In this document: piece by piece, positions 18,053 to 28,059 of the stretch | How positions within the stretch are numbered: position 1 is the stretch's first letter | How the letters are laid out: every line of letters begins with the position of its first letter | Assembly: GCA_902826455.1 (NCBI GenBank) | Contig: CADEEV010000006.1 | Location: forward strand, 44,013 to 108,012 | Direction: 5' to 3' | DNA: 64,000 nucleotides | Origin: an uncultured Acidobacteriota bacterium | GTDB lineage: Bacteria > Acidobacteriota > Vicinamibacteria > Fen-336 | The notes under the pieces: generated by a model | What the model was told of the DNA's origin: nothing | The model's input: only the letters and a program-made list of their open reading frames with translations | Database searches by the model: none | Position numbers and translations under genes: made by a program

Positions 18053-19041
18053 CCCCGGCGGCGTTTCCGGATCACGACCGGCCGCGCCATGGCGAGCGGG
18101 TGCGCGACCGCGCGATTGCGCCCTGCCGCCTTGGCCTCGGCCGTGGCGGCCTGGGCGCGGGCGAGCAGGGAGTCGGCGCCGACGTCCTCGAGGGTCAGGC
18201 AGGCGACCCCGGCGCTCGTCGTCACGGGCAGCAGCGTGGAACCGACCGGGATCGGACGCGCCGCGACCGCCGCCACGAGCCGCTCGGCGGCGACCAGCGT
18301 TCCGGGCAGCTCCGCGTACGGCAGCAGCACCACGAACTCGTCGGCCTCGTACCGGTAGACGATGTCGCCCTCGCGCAGCGTCGACGCCAGGATCTGCGCG
18401 AAGGCCGCGAGCAGCGTGTCGCCGCCGGGACGGCCCACCGTGTCGTTCAGGGCGCCGAAGTGGTCGATGTCCAGGTCGATCATGCCGAGGCCGTAGCCGT
18501 GGCGCCGCGCCCGGGCGATCTCGCGGCCCAGAGCCTGGTCGAGGGCGCGCCGGCTCGCGACCTGGGTCAGGGGGTCGGTGCGGCCCAGCGACTCGAGCTC
18601 GCGCAACAGGCGCTGGTTCGATTCCTTGAGGCGCTTCTTCTCGACGGCGCGCTGCACCGCCAGCACGACGTCGGCCGCGGAGGCCGGGGGCCGCGCCACG
18701 TAGTCGTGGGCGCCCAGGCGCAGCGCCTGGATCGCGCTCCTCATGTCGTCGGGGTCGCTGGAGGACAGCACGATCACCTCCACGTCGGGCGAGAGGCGCT
18801 TCACCGCCGCCAACAGCTCGAGCCCGCTCAGGGCCGGCATGCGCAGATCGGAGAGCAGGGCGTCGTACGACTCGGTGGCGAGACGCCGCAGCGCCTCCCC
18901 GCCGTCGTCGACCTCGTCGACGCGGTAGCCCGCGTTGAACAGGGCACGCACCACCAGGCGCCGCACGCGTGGCGAGCGGTCCACGACCAGCACGCGGCCC
19001 AACGCTTCCGCCCTCGTCGACACCGGGCCCGGGTGGCTCAT
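18049..19041 (-). CDS. REC-GGDEF protein with degenerate active site (EADEF)
   Basis: N-terminal REC (LLSDLRMP); GGDEF domain with TDPLTQVASRR, LDIDHF, REGD I-site and YRYEADEF. Confidence 0.85.
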   Translation of the reverse strand: MSHPGPVSTRAEALGRVLVVDRSPRVRRLVVRALFNAGYRVDEVDDGGEALRRLATESYDALLSDLRMPALSGLELLAAVKRLSPDVEVIVLSSSDPDDMRSAIQALRLGAHDYVARPPASAADVVLAVQRAVEKKRLKESNQRLLRELESLGRTDPLTQVASRRALDQALGREIARARRHGYGLGMIDLDIDHFGALNDTVGRPGGDTLLAAFAQILASTLREGDIVYRYEADEFVVLLPYAELPGTLVAAERLVAAVAARPIPVGSTLLPVTTSAGVACLTLEDVGADSLLARAQAATAEAKAAGRNRAVAHPLAMARPVVIRKRRRG

Positions 19042-19157
19042 GGGACAGGGCAGAGCAGGGACCGTGCCACGAGGCTCGTCCAGCGCGGACAGTCACTTAG
19101 CGCGGGGGCCCGCGCGGGCTCGGGAGATCCGCCCGGCCCGCGCCCGAAAGGCCGGGC

Positions 19158-21344
19158 TCAGGCCAGGTCGCTGGCCCGGATCGGCAGGCGTCGCACGCGC
19201 TTGCCGGTGAGAGCGAAGAGCGCGTTGCCGACCGCCGAGGCCACCGGCGGCAACCCGGGCTCGCCGATCCCGGTGGGCACGGTGTCGCTCGCCACGATGT
19301 GCACCTCGACCCGCGGCATCTCGGGCAGCCGCAGCACCTCGAAGTCGTGGAAGTTGCTCTGCTCGACGGCGCCCTTCGCGATCGAGATCGAGCCCTTGAG
19401 AGCCGCGGACAACGCGTACACCACGGAGCTCTCGACCTGGGCGGCGACGCCGTCCGGGTTGATCGCGCGGCCACAGTCGACGGCCGCGACGATCCGGTGC
19501 ACGCGGGGCGCGCCGTTCACCAGCGAGACCTCGGCGACCTGCGCGGCATAGCTCAGGAAGGAGAAATGGCAGGCGAGCCCGCGCGCCCGTCCCGCGGGCA
19601 ACGGCTCTCCCCATCCGGCCTTCGACGCCGCCAGCTCCAGGCAGGCCTTGAGCCGCTTCGTGTCGAGGGGCGTGCCGTCGGGATCGTTCGGGCTCTTGAC
19701 GAGGCGCGGCTCGGCGAGCAGCGCGAGCCGGAAGGCCAGGGGGTCCACGCGGGCCGCCGCCGCCAGCTCGTCGACGAAGCTCTCGACCGCGAAGCCGTTG
19801 ATCGAGTGCTCGACCGAGCGCCACCACATGCGGGGCACGCCGGAGGGCGCGTCCGCGTACTCCATGCGCAGGTTGGGGATCGCGTAGGGCAGGTTCACGG
19901 CGCCGTCGATCTCGCTGGCCCAGGGCTTCACCTTCGCGGGATCGTCCCACTGCCGGCTGATCGAGACGGACGACATCCGGTCGAGCCAGGCCACGGGCTT
20001 CCCGGCCGCGTCGAGGGCGGCGCTGAAGCGGTGCATCGCCGCGGGCCGGTACGAGCCGTGCTGCATGTCGTCCTCGCGCGTCCACACCACCTGCACCGGG
20101 GCCTTCACGAGCTGGCTGACCTGGGCGCCCTCCACGATGTAGTCCGCCGAGGCCCGCCGGCCGAAGCCGCCGCCCATGTAGGTGGTGTGCACGGTGACGG
20201 CCTCGGCCTTGAGGCCCGTCACCTCCATGATGAGGTCCTGCGCCCACTTGGGGTCCTGGGTCGCGAGCCATGCTTCCGCCCGGTCGGCCCTGACATCGAC
20301 CGTGGCGTTGAGAGGCTCCATCGATGCGTGGGCCTGGAACGGCAGCTCGTAGGTCGCTTCGACCTTGACCGCGGCCGACGCGAGGGCCGCGGCCGCGTCG
20401 CCGTCGCTCCGGAACGCGGTGGCGGGCGCGGACGTGAGCTGCTCGAAGCTCTTGCGCAGGGTCGCGTCGCTCTCCGCCGCGTGGGGCCCGGGGTTCCACT
20501 GCACCGCGAGGGCGTTCCGTCCCTGGATCGCCTGCCAGGTGCTCTTCGCCACCACCGCGACCCCGCCGGGAGCGAAGCTGCCCTTCGGACCCGGCGGCAC
20601 CTCGACCACGGCCACGACGCCGGGCGAGGCCTTGGCCTTGGCCGCGTCGAAGGACTTCAAGGCGCCGCCGAACGTGGGACAGCGCGCGATCACCGCGAAG
20701 AGCATGCCGGGCACGCGCACGTCGAGGCCGAAGCGCGCGCTGCCGTCGATCTTTGCCGGGATGTCGTTGCGCGGGATCGACTGGCCGATGATCCGGAAGT
20801 CCTTCGCGTCCTTCAGGACCACGGTCGCGGGATCGGGCAGCGGCCGCAGCGCCGCCGGCGCCGCGAGGGCGCCGTAGCCCAGGCGTCGTCCGGTCGGCGC
20901 GTGGACGATCTCGCCGCGCTCGGCCCGGCACTCGGACACGGGCGCCTTCCACTGCTCGGCGGCGGTGGCGACGAGCTGCGTGCGCGCCGTGGCCGCGGCC
21001 TGACGCAGCGTCTTGTAGGAGCCGCGGACGCTGCTGCTGCCGCCCGTGCCGTGGTCGTAGAAGGCGCCGTTGGTGGGAGCCTGCTCGACCCGGACGCGCG
21101 CCCAGTCGACCTCGACCTCGTCGGCCAGGATCTGCGTCAGGGCCGTGTGGATGCCCTGGCCCATCTCCGACTTGCCGCAGACGAGCGTCACGTCGCCGGC
21201 GGCGTCGATGCGGATCCAGGCGTCGAAGGGGTTCGGCAGCGCGGGCTTCGCGGCCTCCTGGGCGAGGAGCGCTTCGAAGCGGAAGCCGACCACGAGGCCG
21301 AGGCCCACGGTGGCGCTCGCCTGGACGAAGCTGCGGCGCTTCAC
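19158..21344 (-). CDS. Molybdopterin oxidoreductase large subunit (IorB / xanthine dehydrogenase family)
   Basis: GTG 21344 overlaps the small-subunit stop. Tat-like KRRSFV; [26 protein letters not shown] and GIGEPG. Confidence 0.9.
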   Translation of the reverse strand: MKRRSFVQASATVGLGLVVGFRFEALLAQEAAKPALPNPFDAWIRIDAAGDVTLVCGKSEMGQGIHTALTQILADEVEVDWARVRVEQAPTNGAFYDHGTGGSSSVRGSYKTLRQAAATARTQLVATAAEQWKAPVSECRAERGEIVHAPTGRRLGYGALAAPAALRPLPDPATVVLKDAKDFRIIGQSIPRNDIPAKIDGSARFGLDVRVPGMLFAVIARCPTFGGALKSFDAAKAKASPGVVAVVEVPPGPKGSFAPGGVAVVAKSTWQAIQGRNALAVQWNPGPHAAESDATLRKSFEQLTSAPATAFRSDGDAAAALASAAVKVEATYELPFQAHASMEPLNATVDVRADRAEAWLATQDPKWAQDLIMEVTGLKAEAVTVHTTYMGGGFGRRASADYIVEGAQVSQLVKAPVQVVWTREDDMQHGSYRPAAMHRFSAALDAAGKPVAWLDRMSSVSISRQWDDPAKVKPWASEIDGAVNLPYAIPNLRMEYADAPSGVPRMWWRSVEHSINGFAVESFVDELAAAARVDPLAFRLALLAEPRLVKSPNDPDGTPLDTKRLKACLELAASKAGWGEPLPAGRARGLACHFSFLSYAAQVAEVSLVNGAPRVHRIVAAVDCGRAINPDGVAAQVESSVVYALSAALKGSISIAKGAVEQSNFHDFEVLRLPEMPRVEVHIVASDTVPTGIGEPGLPPVASAVGNALFALTGKRVRRLPIRASDLA

Positions 21345-21811
21345 CGTGCACCGCCCTTGTCCGCCGCGGCGCGATGCACCGCGCTGCGGATGCGCTGATA
21401 GGTCCCGCAACGACAGATGTGGGCGCCCAGGCTCGCGTCGATGTCCGCGTCGCTCGGCTGGGGCTTCTGGGACAGGAGCTGCGCCGCGGTCATCAGCATG
21501 CCGGACTGGCAGTAGCCGCACTGCGGCACCTGCTCCGCGACCCAGGCCTTCTGGAGCGGGTGGCTGCGGTCGGGGGACAGGCCCTCGATCGTCGTGACCT
21601 TGCGCGCGCCGACGCTCTCGACGCTCGTGAGGCAGGAGCGCGTCGCCTCGCCGTCGAGGTGCACGGTGCAGGCGCCGCACTGGGCGACGCCGCAGCCGTA
21701 CTTGGTGCCCGTCAGGCCCAGGCTGTCGCGCAACACCCACAGCAGCGGCGTGCCTCCCGCCACGTCCACCTTGTGCGGCTGACCGTTGACGACCAGGGTG
21801 AACTCCGCCAT
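21341..21811 (-). CDS. (2Fe-2S)-binding small subunit (IorA-like)
   Basis: [25 protein letters not shown] and ICRCGTY cluster motifs. Confidence 0.92.
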   Translation of the reverse strand: MAEFTLVVNGQPHKVDVAGGTPLLWVLRDSLGLTGTKYGCGVAQCGACTVHLDGEATRSCLTSVESVGARKVTTIEGLSPDRSHPLQKAWVAEQVPQCGYCQSGMLMTAAQLLSQKPQPSDADIDASLGAHICRCGTYQRIRSAVHRAAADKGGAR

Positions 21812-21890
21812 GGCTACCTCCGCCCGTTCGGGAATGGCGACGATTGTCGTCGTTCTGGCGGCCGCAATCCAGACCTGTCAAGATCGCGCC

Positions 21891-22553
21891 ATGGCACTGC
21901 GCTCCTTGCTCCCCGAAGGCGTCGAGCCCTACATCAGCGCCCTGGTCACCGAGAGCGACCTGCAACGGCGGCTGCGCGTCGAGACCCAGGCCCTCCCCGA
22001 CAACCAGGCGCGCATGCAGGTGGGCCCCGACCAGGCGGCGCTCCTGGCCCTCTTCGCCCGCCTCATCGGCGCCCGGCGCGCGATCGAGGTCGGCACGTTC
22101 ACCGGCATGAGCTCCCTCGCGGTGGCGCTGGCGCTGCCAGAGGACGGCCGTCTCGTGTGCTGCGACGTGAGCGAGGAATGGACCGGGATCGCGCGGCGCT
22201 ACTGGCGCGAGGCGGGCGTCGAGGGCCGCGTCGAGCTGCGCCTCGGACCCGCGGCCGCGAGCCTCGACGCGCTGCTCGCGGAAGGTGGCGCCGGCCGCTA
22301 CGATTTCGCGTTCATCGACGCGGACAAGAAGGGCTACGACGCCTACTACGAGCTGTGCCTGCGCCTGCTGCGGCCGAACGGCCTGGTCGCCCTCGACAAC
22401 ATGCTCTGGTCGGGGAAGGTGGCGGACGCGTCGGTCCACGACCCGGACACGGACGCGCTGCGGGCGCTGAACGCGAAGATCGCCGCCGACGCGCGGGTCG
22501 AGGCGTGCCTGCTCAGCGTCGGCGACGGGGTGATGCTAGCCCGTAAGCGCTGA
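21891..22553 (+). CDS. Class I SAM-dependent O-methyltransferase (CCoAOMT/COMT-like)
   Basis: IEVGTFTGMS, FAFIDADK and ALDNMLWSG; ATG 21891. Confidence 0.9.
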   Translation: MALRSLLPEGVEPYISALVTESDLQRRLRVETQALPDNQARMQVGPDQAALLALFARLIGARRAIEVGTFTGMSSLAVALALPEDGRLVCCDVSEEWTGIARRYWREAGVEGRVELRLGPAAASLDALLAEGGAGRYDFAFIDADKKGYDAYYELCLRLLRPNGLVALDNMLWSGKVADASVHDPDTDALRALNAKIAADARVEACLLSVGDGVMLARKR

Positions 22554-22766
22554 GGTCGGGCGCGCGTCCCATTCCGGGGCGCGGTACGCCTTCACGTGGC
22601 CGGGCTTGATCGAGCGGAAGCCGCGGTTCATCCAGCCGCCGCACTCCCACGGACACGGACCGGTGTAGGCGCCGACGCCCTTGAACGCCGTGTTCCGGAT
22701 GCCCGCGCAGACCACGGGCTTGCCGCACTTCTCGCAGTCGAACCGCCCGACTTCGCGGTCCCCCAC
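22536..22766 (-). CDS. Small Cys-rich hypothetical protein (76 aa), possible zinc ribbon
   Basis: GTG start 3 nt after the rpoZ stop; CEKC...C...CPWEC. Overlaps the O-methyltransferase 3' end by 18 nt. Confidence 0.55.
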   Translation of the reverse strand: MGDREVGRFDCEKCGKPVVCAGIRNTAFKGVGAYTGPCPWECGGWMNRGFRSIKPGHVKAYRAPEWDARPTSALTG

Positions 22767-22769
22767 GGC

Positions 22770-23021
22770 TCAGGCCGCCTTGACCGGGGCCGGCAGGACG
22801 GGCGGCTTGTCGGCCACGGCCCAGGAGATGCGGCCGGTGCTGACCTCGCGAGCCGCGACCCACAGGGACTTGTGGCCCTCGGCGGCCACGCGGGCGCGAG
22901 CGCCGTTGTGGAGCTGGCGCGCGCGCTGCACCGCGAGCACGACCAGCAGGAACTTGTTCGGCACCTCGTCCTCGGCCGCCCGGGGCGGGGGCGGCGCGGT
23001 CTCGACCGTGCGGCTCGGCAT
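22770..23021 (-). CDS. rpoZ: RNA polymerase omega subunit family protein
   Basis: NKFLLVVLAVQRARQLHNGARARV...HKSLWVAAREVSTGRISW matches the omega pattern; AAAGG SD upstream. Confidence 0.8.
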   Translation of the reverse strand: MPSRTVETAPPPPRAAEDEVPNKFLLVVLAVQRARQLHNGARARVAAEGHKSLWVAAREVSTGRISWAVADKPPVLPAPVKAA

Positions 23022-23162
23022 GTGTGACCTTTCACGGCCAGGCTGCGGGTAGAGGCCACGGTCGAGGACCGTTACGCGGAGTGTGGCAGGAACGTCGCTC
23101 GACTCCGGGCCCGCACGAGGACGGTCCGAGCAGTATGACAGGTTTTCCGGAGCCCGCGGCGG

Positions 23163-24716
23163 CTACCTTGCGGCCGCGAGCGTGGCGCCGCGGGCCTCCA
23201 GGGCGTCGAAGCGGCTCCAGAGCAGCGCCGCCTGCAGCCGCGCGTCGGCATCGACGACCCGCGGCGCGTCACGTCGCCTCGGGAAGATCGCGTAGCGGCG
23301 GAAGACGTGGGGCTTCTCGAACAGTCCCGAGCGCTCCGTGCGCTCCCAGACGGCCGGATCCCCCTCGTAGACCACGACGAGGTCCGCGAGGCCGATCACC
23401 GCCGTGAGGGCCGCGTCCTGCTCGGCGGGTGTCGTGCGATGGGTCATGGGCAGGCGCGTGTAGTCGATCACCCGGGTGTGGTCGCTGAAGCGCGCGGACA
23501 GGAACCCGGGCACCACGATCGTCGCGTCCGCCGGGAGACGGTCGGCCCACTTGTAGAGGCGCTGGTACGGCTTCAGCTCGCGCGGGTAGGCGTTCCAGGC
23601 CGCCCCCGCGAACATCCCCCCGCACGCGAGCGCCACGGCCCACAGGCCCGCCACGACCCTGCGGTCCCGGCCGGACGGGTGCTTCGCCCAGAACACGAGG
23701 CTCGCGGCGAAGCCCCAGAAGATCGCCACGATCGCGGGCGACAAGTGCTGCAGGTGGTGCGGCGGGAACTGCATGGAGTGCACGCGCTTGGCGAGAGCCA
23801 CGAACGGCATGGCGAGGGCGAAGGCCTCGGGCGTCGCCAGGGCGCCCAGCGCCGGCAGCAGCATCAAGAGGAAGAACTGCGGCAGCCGTGACGCCCACTG
23901 CCAGAGCGCGGCCGCGGGGGACTGGCCGCCGGCGAACGCGAGCAGCGGCCAGTGCACGCCGTAGTAGTGACGGTAGTAGACGTCCGCGAGGCCGCCCCAG
24001 GCCACCGCGAGCGCGATCGGCAGGAGCAGGCCCACGCGGCGCGCCGCGGGCGGCAGCAGGCGGAAGTTCACGAACCCGAACGCCGCCACGAGCAGCGCGA
24101 ACTCGGAGCGCGCGGCCAGGGCCACGACGGCGGCGACGGCCGACAGGCGGAAGCGACCCGCCGCGTGGAGACGCAGCGCGATCAGGGCCGGGCCGATGCC
24201 GAGGGTGATCTCGCGCAGGTCGTTGGTGGCGGTGGCGAGGATCGCCGGGTGCAGGAGGTACGTGCCGGCCGCCGCGAGCCCGAGCCCGACGTGGCGCGTG
24301 CGGTCCAGGACGAACCCGTACAGCCCGAAGGCCCCCAGGCCGATCAGCAGCCCCTGGAGGAACATCAGCGTCTCGAGGCGCGGCCAGAACCGGTACAGCA
24401 GCGGGAGCAGCAGCGTGCGCAGCGGCGAGAAGTGCGCGGAGCGGTAGACCGACGGGCCGTCGAAGTCGCCGCCCTCGAACCACGCCGCCATGGGCAGGTA
24501 GCTGATGTCGCGGCCCCGGGCGATGTTGAAGGCCTGGTTGTGGAACGAGCCGAGGTCGGGGGCGAAGGTCGAGCGCAGCGCCTCGGTGCGCGCGCGGTTC
24601 TCGACTGTGACGCCGATCGCGAAGAGGAACACCGCCACCGTCACGATCGCGAAGCCCCGCCGCGCGCGTGCGACCTCGGTCCCGGGCTGCGATTCGATGG
24701 CGGCCTCCTTCGGCAC
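23163..24716 (-). CDS. DUF2079-like multi-pass membrane protein, putative GT-C glycosyltransferase
   Basis: DLGSFHNQAFN, HFSPL, YLLHPAI, NDLRE and multiple TM segments. GTG 24716 is a tentative start, 5 nt after a TAGAAT element. Confidence 0.7.
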   Translation of the reverse strand: MPKEAAIESQPGTEVARARRGFAIVTVAVFLFAIGVTVENRARTEALRSTFAPDLGSFHNQAFNIARGRDISYLPMAAWFEGGDFDGPSVYRSAHFSPLRTLLLPLLYRFWPRLETLMFLQGLLIGLGAFGLYGFVLDRTRHVGLGLAAAGTYLLHPAILATATNDLREITLGIGPALIALRLHAAGRFRLSAVAAVVALAARSEFALLVAAFGFVNFRLLPPAARRVGLLLPIALAVAWGGLADVYYRHYYGVHWPLLAFAGGQSPAAALWQWASRLPQFFLLMLLPALGALATPEAFALAMPFVALAKRVHSMQFPPHHLQHLSPAIVAIFWGFAASLVFWAKHPSGRDRRVVAGLWAVALACGGMFAGAAWNAYPRELKPYQRLYKWADRLPADATIVVPGFLSARFSDHTRVIDYTRLPMTHRTTPAEQDAALTAVIGLADLVVVYEGDPAVWERTERSGLFEKPHVFRRYAIFPRRRDAPRVVDADARLQAALLWSRFDALEARGATLAAAR

Positions 24717-24804
24717 GCGGCATTCTATGGGATACTCGTCGTTCCACAGGGCGGCCCTCCTTCGTTCCCCACGACGCCGGAACCGCAGAAAGGTCCAGAT
24801 CCAC

Positions 24805-26100
24805 ATGCCGTTCGCACCCTTCGGCCTCCACGCCGATCTCCTCCGAGGTACGCGCGAGCTCGGTTTCACGCGGCCGACTCCCATCCAGACCGAGGCCATC
24901 CCGCCCGCCGTCGAGGGCAAGGACGTGCTCGCCTGCGCGATGACCGGCAGCGGCAAGACCGCCGCCTTCGGCCTGCCCATCCTCAACCGCCTGATCTCGA
25001 AGCCGCGCGGCGTCACGCGCGCGCTCATCCTCACCCCGACCCGCGAGCTGGCGGCGCAGATCGAGGAGCACCTCAACGCCCTCGCGATGCACACGCCGCT
25101 GTCCGCGGCCGCCGTCTTCGGCGGCGTGGGCATGGGCCCCCAGGAGCACGCGTTCCGCCGCGGCACCGACGTCATCGTCGCGACCCCGGGCCGCCTCCTC
25201 GACCACCTGCGCCAGCCCTACGCCGCGATGAAGGGCCTCGAGGTGCTGGTCCTCGACGAAGCCGACCGCATGCTGGACATGGGCTTCCTGCCCGACATCC
25301 GGCGCGTGCTGAAGCACCTGCCGGCGAAGCGCCAGACGCTGTTCTTCTCGGCCACGATGCCGGGACCGATCGTGACCCTGTCGCGCGAGATGCTCCACCA
25401 GCCGGTGCTCATCAACCTCGAGCGCAAGTCGGCGCCGGCCGTGGGCATCACCCAGGCCGCCTACCCGGTCGCCCAGGAGCTGAAGTCGGCCCTGCTCGCC
25501 GAGCTCGTGAAGCGCGGCGAGATCCGCAGCGTCATCGTGTTCACGCGCACGAAGCACCGCGCCAACCGGCTCTCCGAGTTCCTCACGAGGAACCACATCG
25601 AGAACGGCCGCATCCACGGCAACCGCAGCCAGTCCCAGCGCACCCAGGCCCTCGAGGGCTTCAAGGAGGGCCGCTTCCCGGTCCTCGTGGCCACCGACAT
25701 CGCCGCCCGGGGCATCGACATCGAGGCGCTCTCCCACGTGGTGAACTTCGACGTGCCGGCCTCGCCCGAGGACTACGTCCACCGCGTGGGCCGCACGGCC
25801 CGCGCCGAGCAGACCGGCGACGCCTTCCTGTTCGTCTCGCCGCAGGAAGAGGACTCCCTGCGCGACATCGAGCGCTCGATCGGCAAGCGCCTGCCCCGGA
25901 TCACGCTGCCCGGCTTCGACTACGACAAGCGTCCCGCGGAGAAGCTCGAGGTGCCCCTGGCTCAGCGGCTCGCGGCCATGCGCGCCCAGCGCCGCGGCGG
26001 CGGCGGCGGCGGCCAGCACCGTCACGGCCAAGGCCAGCGTCCTTCCGGCCTCGCCGGCCGGCGCCGCAGCAGCGGCCCTTCCCGCGGAGGCAATCGATGA
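24805..26100 (+). CDS. DEAD-box RNA helicase (RhlE-like)
   Basis: Q motif PTPIQ, TGSGKT, PTRELA, TPGRL, DEAD, SAT, ATDIAARGID and HRVGRTAR; Arg/Gly-rich tail. Confidence 0.95.
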   Translation: MPFAPFGLHADLLRGTRELGFTRPTPIQTEAIPPAVEGKDVLACAMTGSGKTAAFGLPILNRLISKPRGVTRALILTPTRELAAQIEEHLNALAMHTPLSAAAVFGGVGMGPQEHAFRRGTDVIVATPGRLLDHLRQPYAAMKGLEVLVLDEADRMLDMGFLPDIRRVLKHLPAKRQTLFFSATMPGPIVTLSREMLHQPVLINLERKSAPAVGITQAAYPVAQELKSALLAELVKRGEIRSVIVFTRTKHRANRLSEFLTRNHIENGRIHGNRSQSQRTQALEGFKEGRFPVLVATDIAARGIDIEALSHVVNFDVPASPEDYVHRVGRTARAEQTGDAFLFVSPQEEDSLRDIERSIGKRLPRITLPGFDYDKRPAEKLEVPLAQRLAAMRAQRRGGGGGGQHRHGQGQRPSGLAGRRRSSGPSRGGNR

Positions 26101-26435
26101 TCCCGCCCCAGGTCCAGTACATCGGCTTCACGACGAAGGGCTCGACGCGGGAGTACACGCTGCGCCTCAAGCCCACGGGCGGCGAGGCGCGCGACTTCGT
26201 CCTCGCGATCACGAGCGAGGCGTTCATCGCCCACCGGGCGCGCTACCAGGACGGCCCGGACATCTGTTTCCTGAAGCTGCAGAAGGAGCTGCTCGCGGCC
26301 GGCGAAGGCCTGCCCGCGGCCTACCTCCCGGTCACGGACGCCGACCTCGAGGAATACCGGGTCGCCCACGCGCCGCGCGCACCCCAGAGCCGCCACAAGG
26401 CGGCGCCGCCCCCGGCCGACGGAGAGCCGGCCTAG
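26097..26435 (+). CDS. Hypothetical cytoplasmic protein (112 aa)
   Basis: ATGA overlap with the helicase stop. MIPPQVQYIGFTTKGSTREYTLRLK...EAFIAHRARYQDGPDICFLKL has a non-shadow amino-acid composition. Confidence 0.7.
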   Translation: MIPPQVQYIGFTTKGSTREYTLRLKPTGGEARDFVLAITSEAFIAHRARYQDGPDICFLKLQKELLAAGEGLPAAYLPVTDADLEEYRVAHAPRAPQSRHKAAPPPADGEPA

Positions 26436-28057
26436 CTCTCGCGCTCGACGCCGACCACCGCGAGGGCCGGGCTCGTCCGCAGGTAGACGTCGACGCGCTT
26501 CTTCCAGGCCGGCAGGCCCGCGGCGTTCGAGCGAAGGCGCAGCATCAGGTAGCCGGGGCGCGCCGCCGGCAGCCCGATCGAGCGCTCCGCGGTGCGCTGC
26601 GCCGGAGCCAGGGACGTGAGCTGGCCCGAGGCGTTGTCGAGGGCGAACCACTCGAACTCGTAGGCCTCCACCGGCCCGAGGCGCGCCGCCTCCCCGAAGT
26701 TCGTGAACGTGACGGCCTCCCCCGCCACCGCGAACTCCGCGAGGGGATTGAGCGCCCGGAAGTAGCGGTCGAGGATCTTGTCGCGGCGCCTGGCGACGAC
26801 CGACTCCAGGAATGCCTCGGCCTCGGGAGCCTGGAGGTCCGCGGTGGCGACGATGGCCCGCAGCGCCGCGTCGTCGAAGCGCGACACGATGCGCGCGGCC
26901 CAGAACGCGTCCTCGAGCTGCATGCGCTCGAAGGCCGGGTTGGGATACTCGGGCTTCCACTTGTCGGGATCGAAGAAGCTCGCCTCGATCGCGCCGGTCT
27001 GCGGGTAGGTCTGGTACTTCACGTGGTGCCAGGGACGCTCCCACAAGCCGAGGCTGAACGCCGTCTTCAGGATCGGACCGACCTCGAGCACGTACTCGTT
27101 GCCGGCGCGCGGGTTCTGGGCGGTGATGGCCCGGCGCCAGTCGGAGCCGGAGCCCAGGATCGACGAGAAGTCCTGGAGGTAGTGGACGAGGTGGCCGCGC
27201 TCGCCGTCGGTCTTCACGAAGCTCGCGAGGGAGTTGAGGCTGCGCGAGTCGTCGTGGTTGAGCCACGCGGAGAACACGCGGTAGCCGCGCAGCTCGCGGC
27301 GGTCCTCGTGACGGATCACGTCGTTGGGATCGTCCGGGCGCGTCGCGTGGTACTTGTTGGGCCCCAGCACCTTGCCCGCCACGGCGCGGCTCGCGACGCA
27401 GCGGATGCGGCCGTCGGCGAGGCGCGCGACGTGACTCAACATGCGCTCGAGGTCCGCCGGAACCATCGGCCGCGGCTTGCCACCGGCCACGCGTACCTTC
27501 GCCCCCTCGCCGATGCGCAGGCGGGCCTGGTCGACGTAGACGATCCAGTTCTCGGGGACGTTGTACCCGAAGGCATGGAAGAACTTGCTGCCGATCACGT
27601 CGGCGCCCGTGGACAGGCCGAAGTGCTGCGGCGGGTCGAACTTCACGAAGTAGACGTCGCCCCGGGCGTCGCGCATCGTGAAGCCCGGCGTGATGCCTCC
27701 GGACTTGCCGCGGATGACGGTCCAGGGCTCCGTCATGTCGGGGCCGTCGCCGCGATTGGGACCGCGGGCGATTTCCTCGAGGGACATCGGCCTCACGCCG
27801 ATCCGGTTCCGGAACCAGCTCGACTCCGGCACCTCGCCCAGCGTGTTCACGTTCTGGGCGGGCAGGATCCGGCCCTCGGGCCGGTGATGGAGGCTGTTCT
27901 CGAGCACGTCGTAGGCCGTCGACAGCTCGATCTCGGCGGGCTGGGGCACCGGCAGATCGTCGCGGTCCACGCGCAACGGGTCGTCCGGCAGGAACTTCTG
28001 CGCGTGGGCCGGCGCCGCGGCCAGGACGACGAGGAGGAGGAGATCCAGGGTTCTCAT
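26432..28057 (-). CDS. Exported protein with atypical (HipA/PI3K/CotH-like) kinase-like motifs
   Basis: Signal peptide MRTLDLLLLVVLAAAPAHA; Gly-rich KSGGITPG, YFVKFD (beta3 Lys), WLNHDDSRSLN (catalytic-loop-like) and YLQDFS (DFG-like). The kinase call is motif-based inference. Confidence 0.7.
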   Translation of the reverse strand: MRTLDLLLLVVLAAAPAHAQKFLPDDPLRVDRDDLPVPQPAEIELSTAYDVLENSLHHRPEGRILPAQNVNTLGEVPESSWFRNRIGVRPMSLEEIARGPNRGDGPDMTEPWTVIRGKSGGITPGFTMRDARGDVYFVKFDPPQHFGLSTGADVIGSKFFHAFGYNVPENWIVYVDQARLRIGEGAKVRVAGGKPRPMVPADLERMLSHVARLADGRIRCVASRAVAGKVLGPNKYHATRPDDPNDVIRHEDRRELRGYRVFSAWLNHDDSRSLNSLASFVKTDGERGHLVHYLQDFSSILGSGSDWRRAITAQNPRAGNEYVLEVGPILKTAFSLGLWERPWHHVKYQTYPQTGAIEASFFDPDKWKPEYPNPAFERMQLEDAFWAARIVSRFDDAALRAIVATADLQAPEAEAFLESVVARRRDKILDRYFRALNPLAEFAVAGEAVTFTNFGEAARLGPVEAYEFEWFALDNASGQLTSLAPAQRTAERSIGLPAARPGYLMLRLRSNAAGLPAWKKRVDVYLRTSPALAVVGVERES

Positions 28058-28059
28058 GG

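Noticed and set aside
19107-19157. GC-rich inverted repeat downstream of the first molybdoenzyme gene
   Set aside because: A hairpin is possible but there is no U-tract, and such stems arise easily at this GC level, so it is not called as a terminator.
21345-22439. N-terminal extension making the first molybdoenzyme 1093 aa
   Set aside because: The extension overlaps the 2Fe-2S gene and the O-methyltransferase. The real start is the GTG at 21344 before the Tat motif.
25990-26015. GGC trinucleotide run
   Set aside because: It encodes a poly-Gly stretch in the disordered helicase tail and is too short to suggest a contingency locus.
26432-28057. Interpreting the kinase-like gene as a HipA toxin of a toxin-antitoxin pair
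   Set aside because: It has a signal peptide and no adjacent HTH antitoxin, so only a distant fold similarity is suggested.
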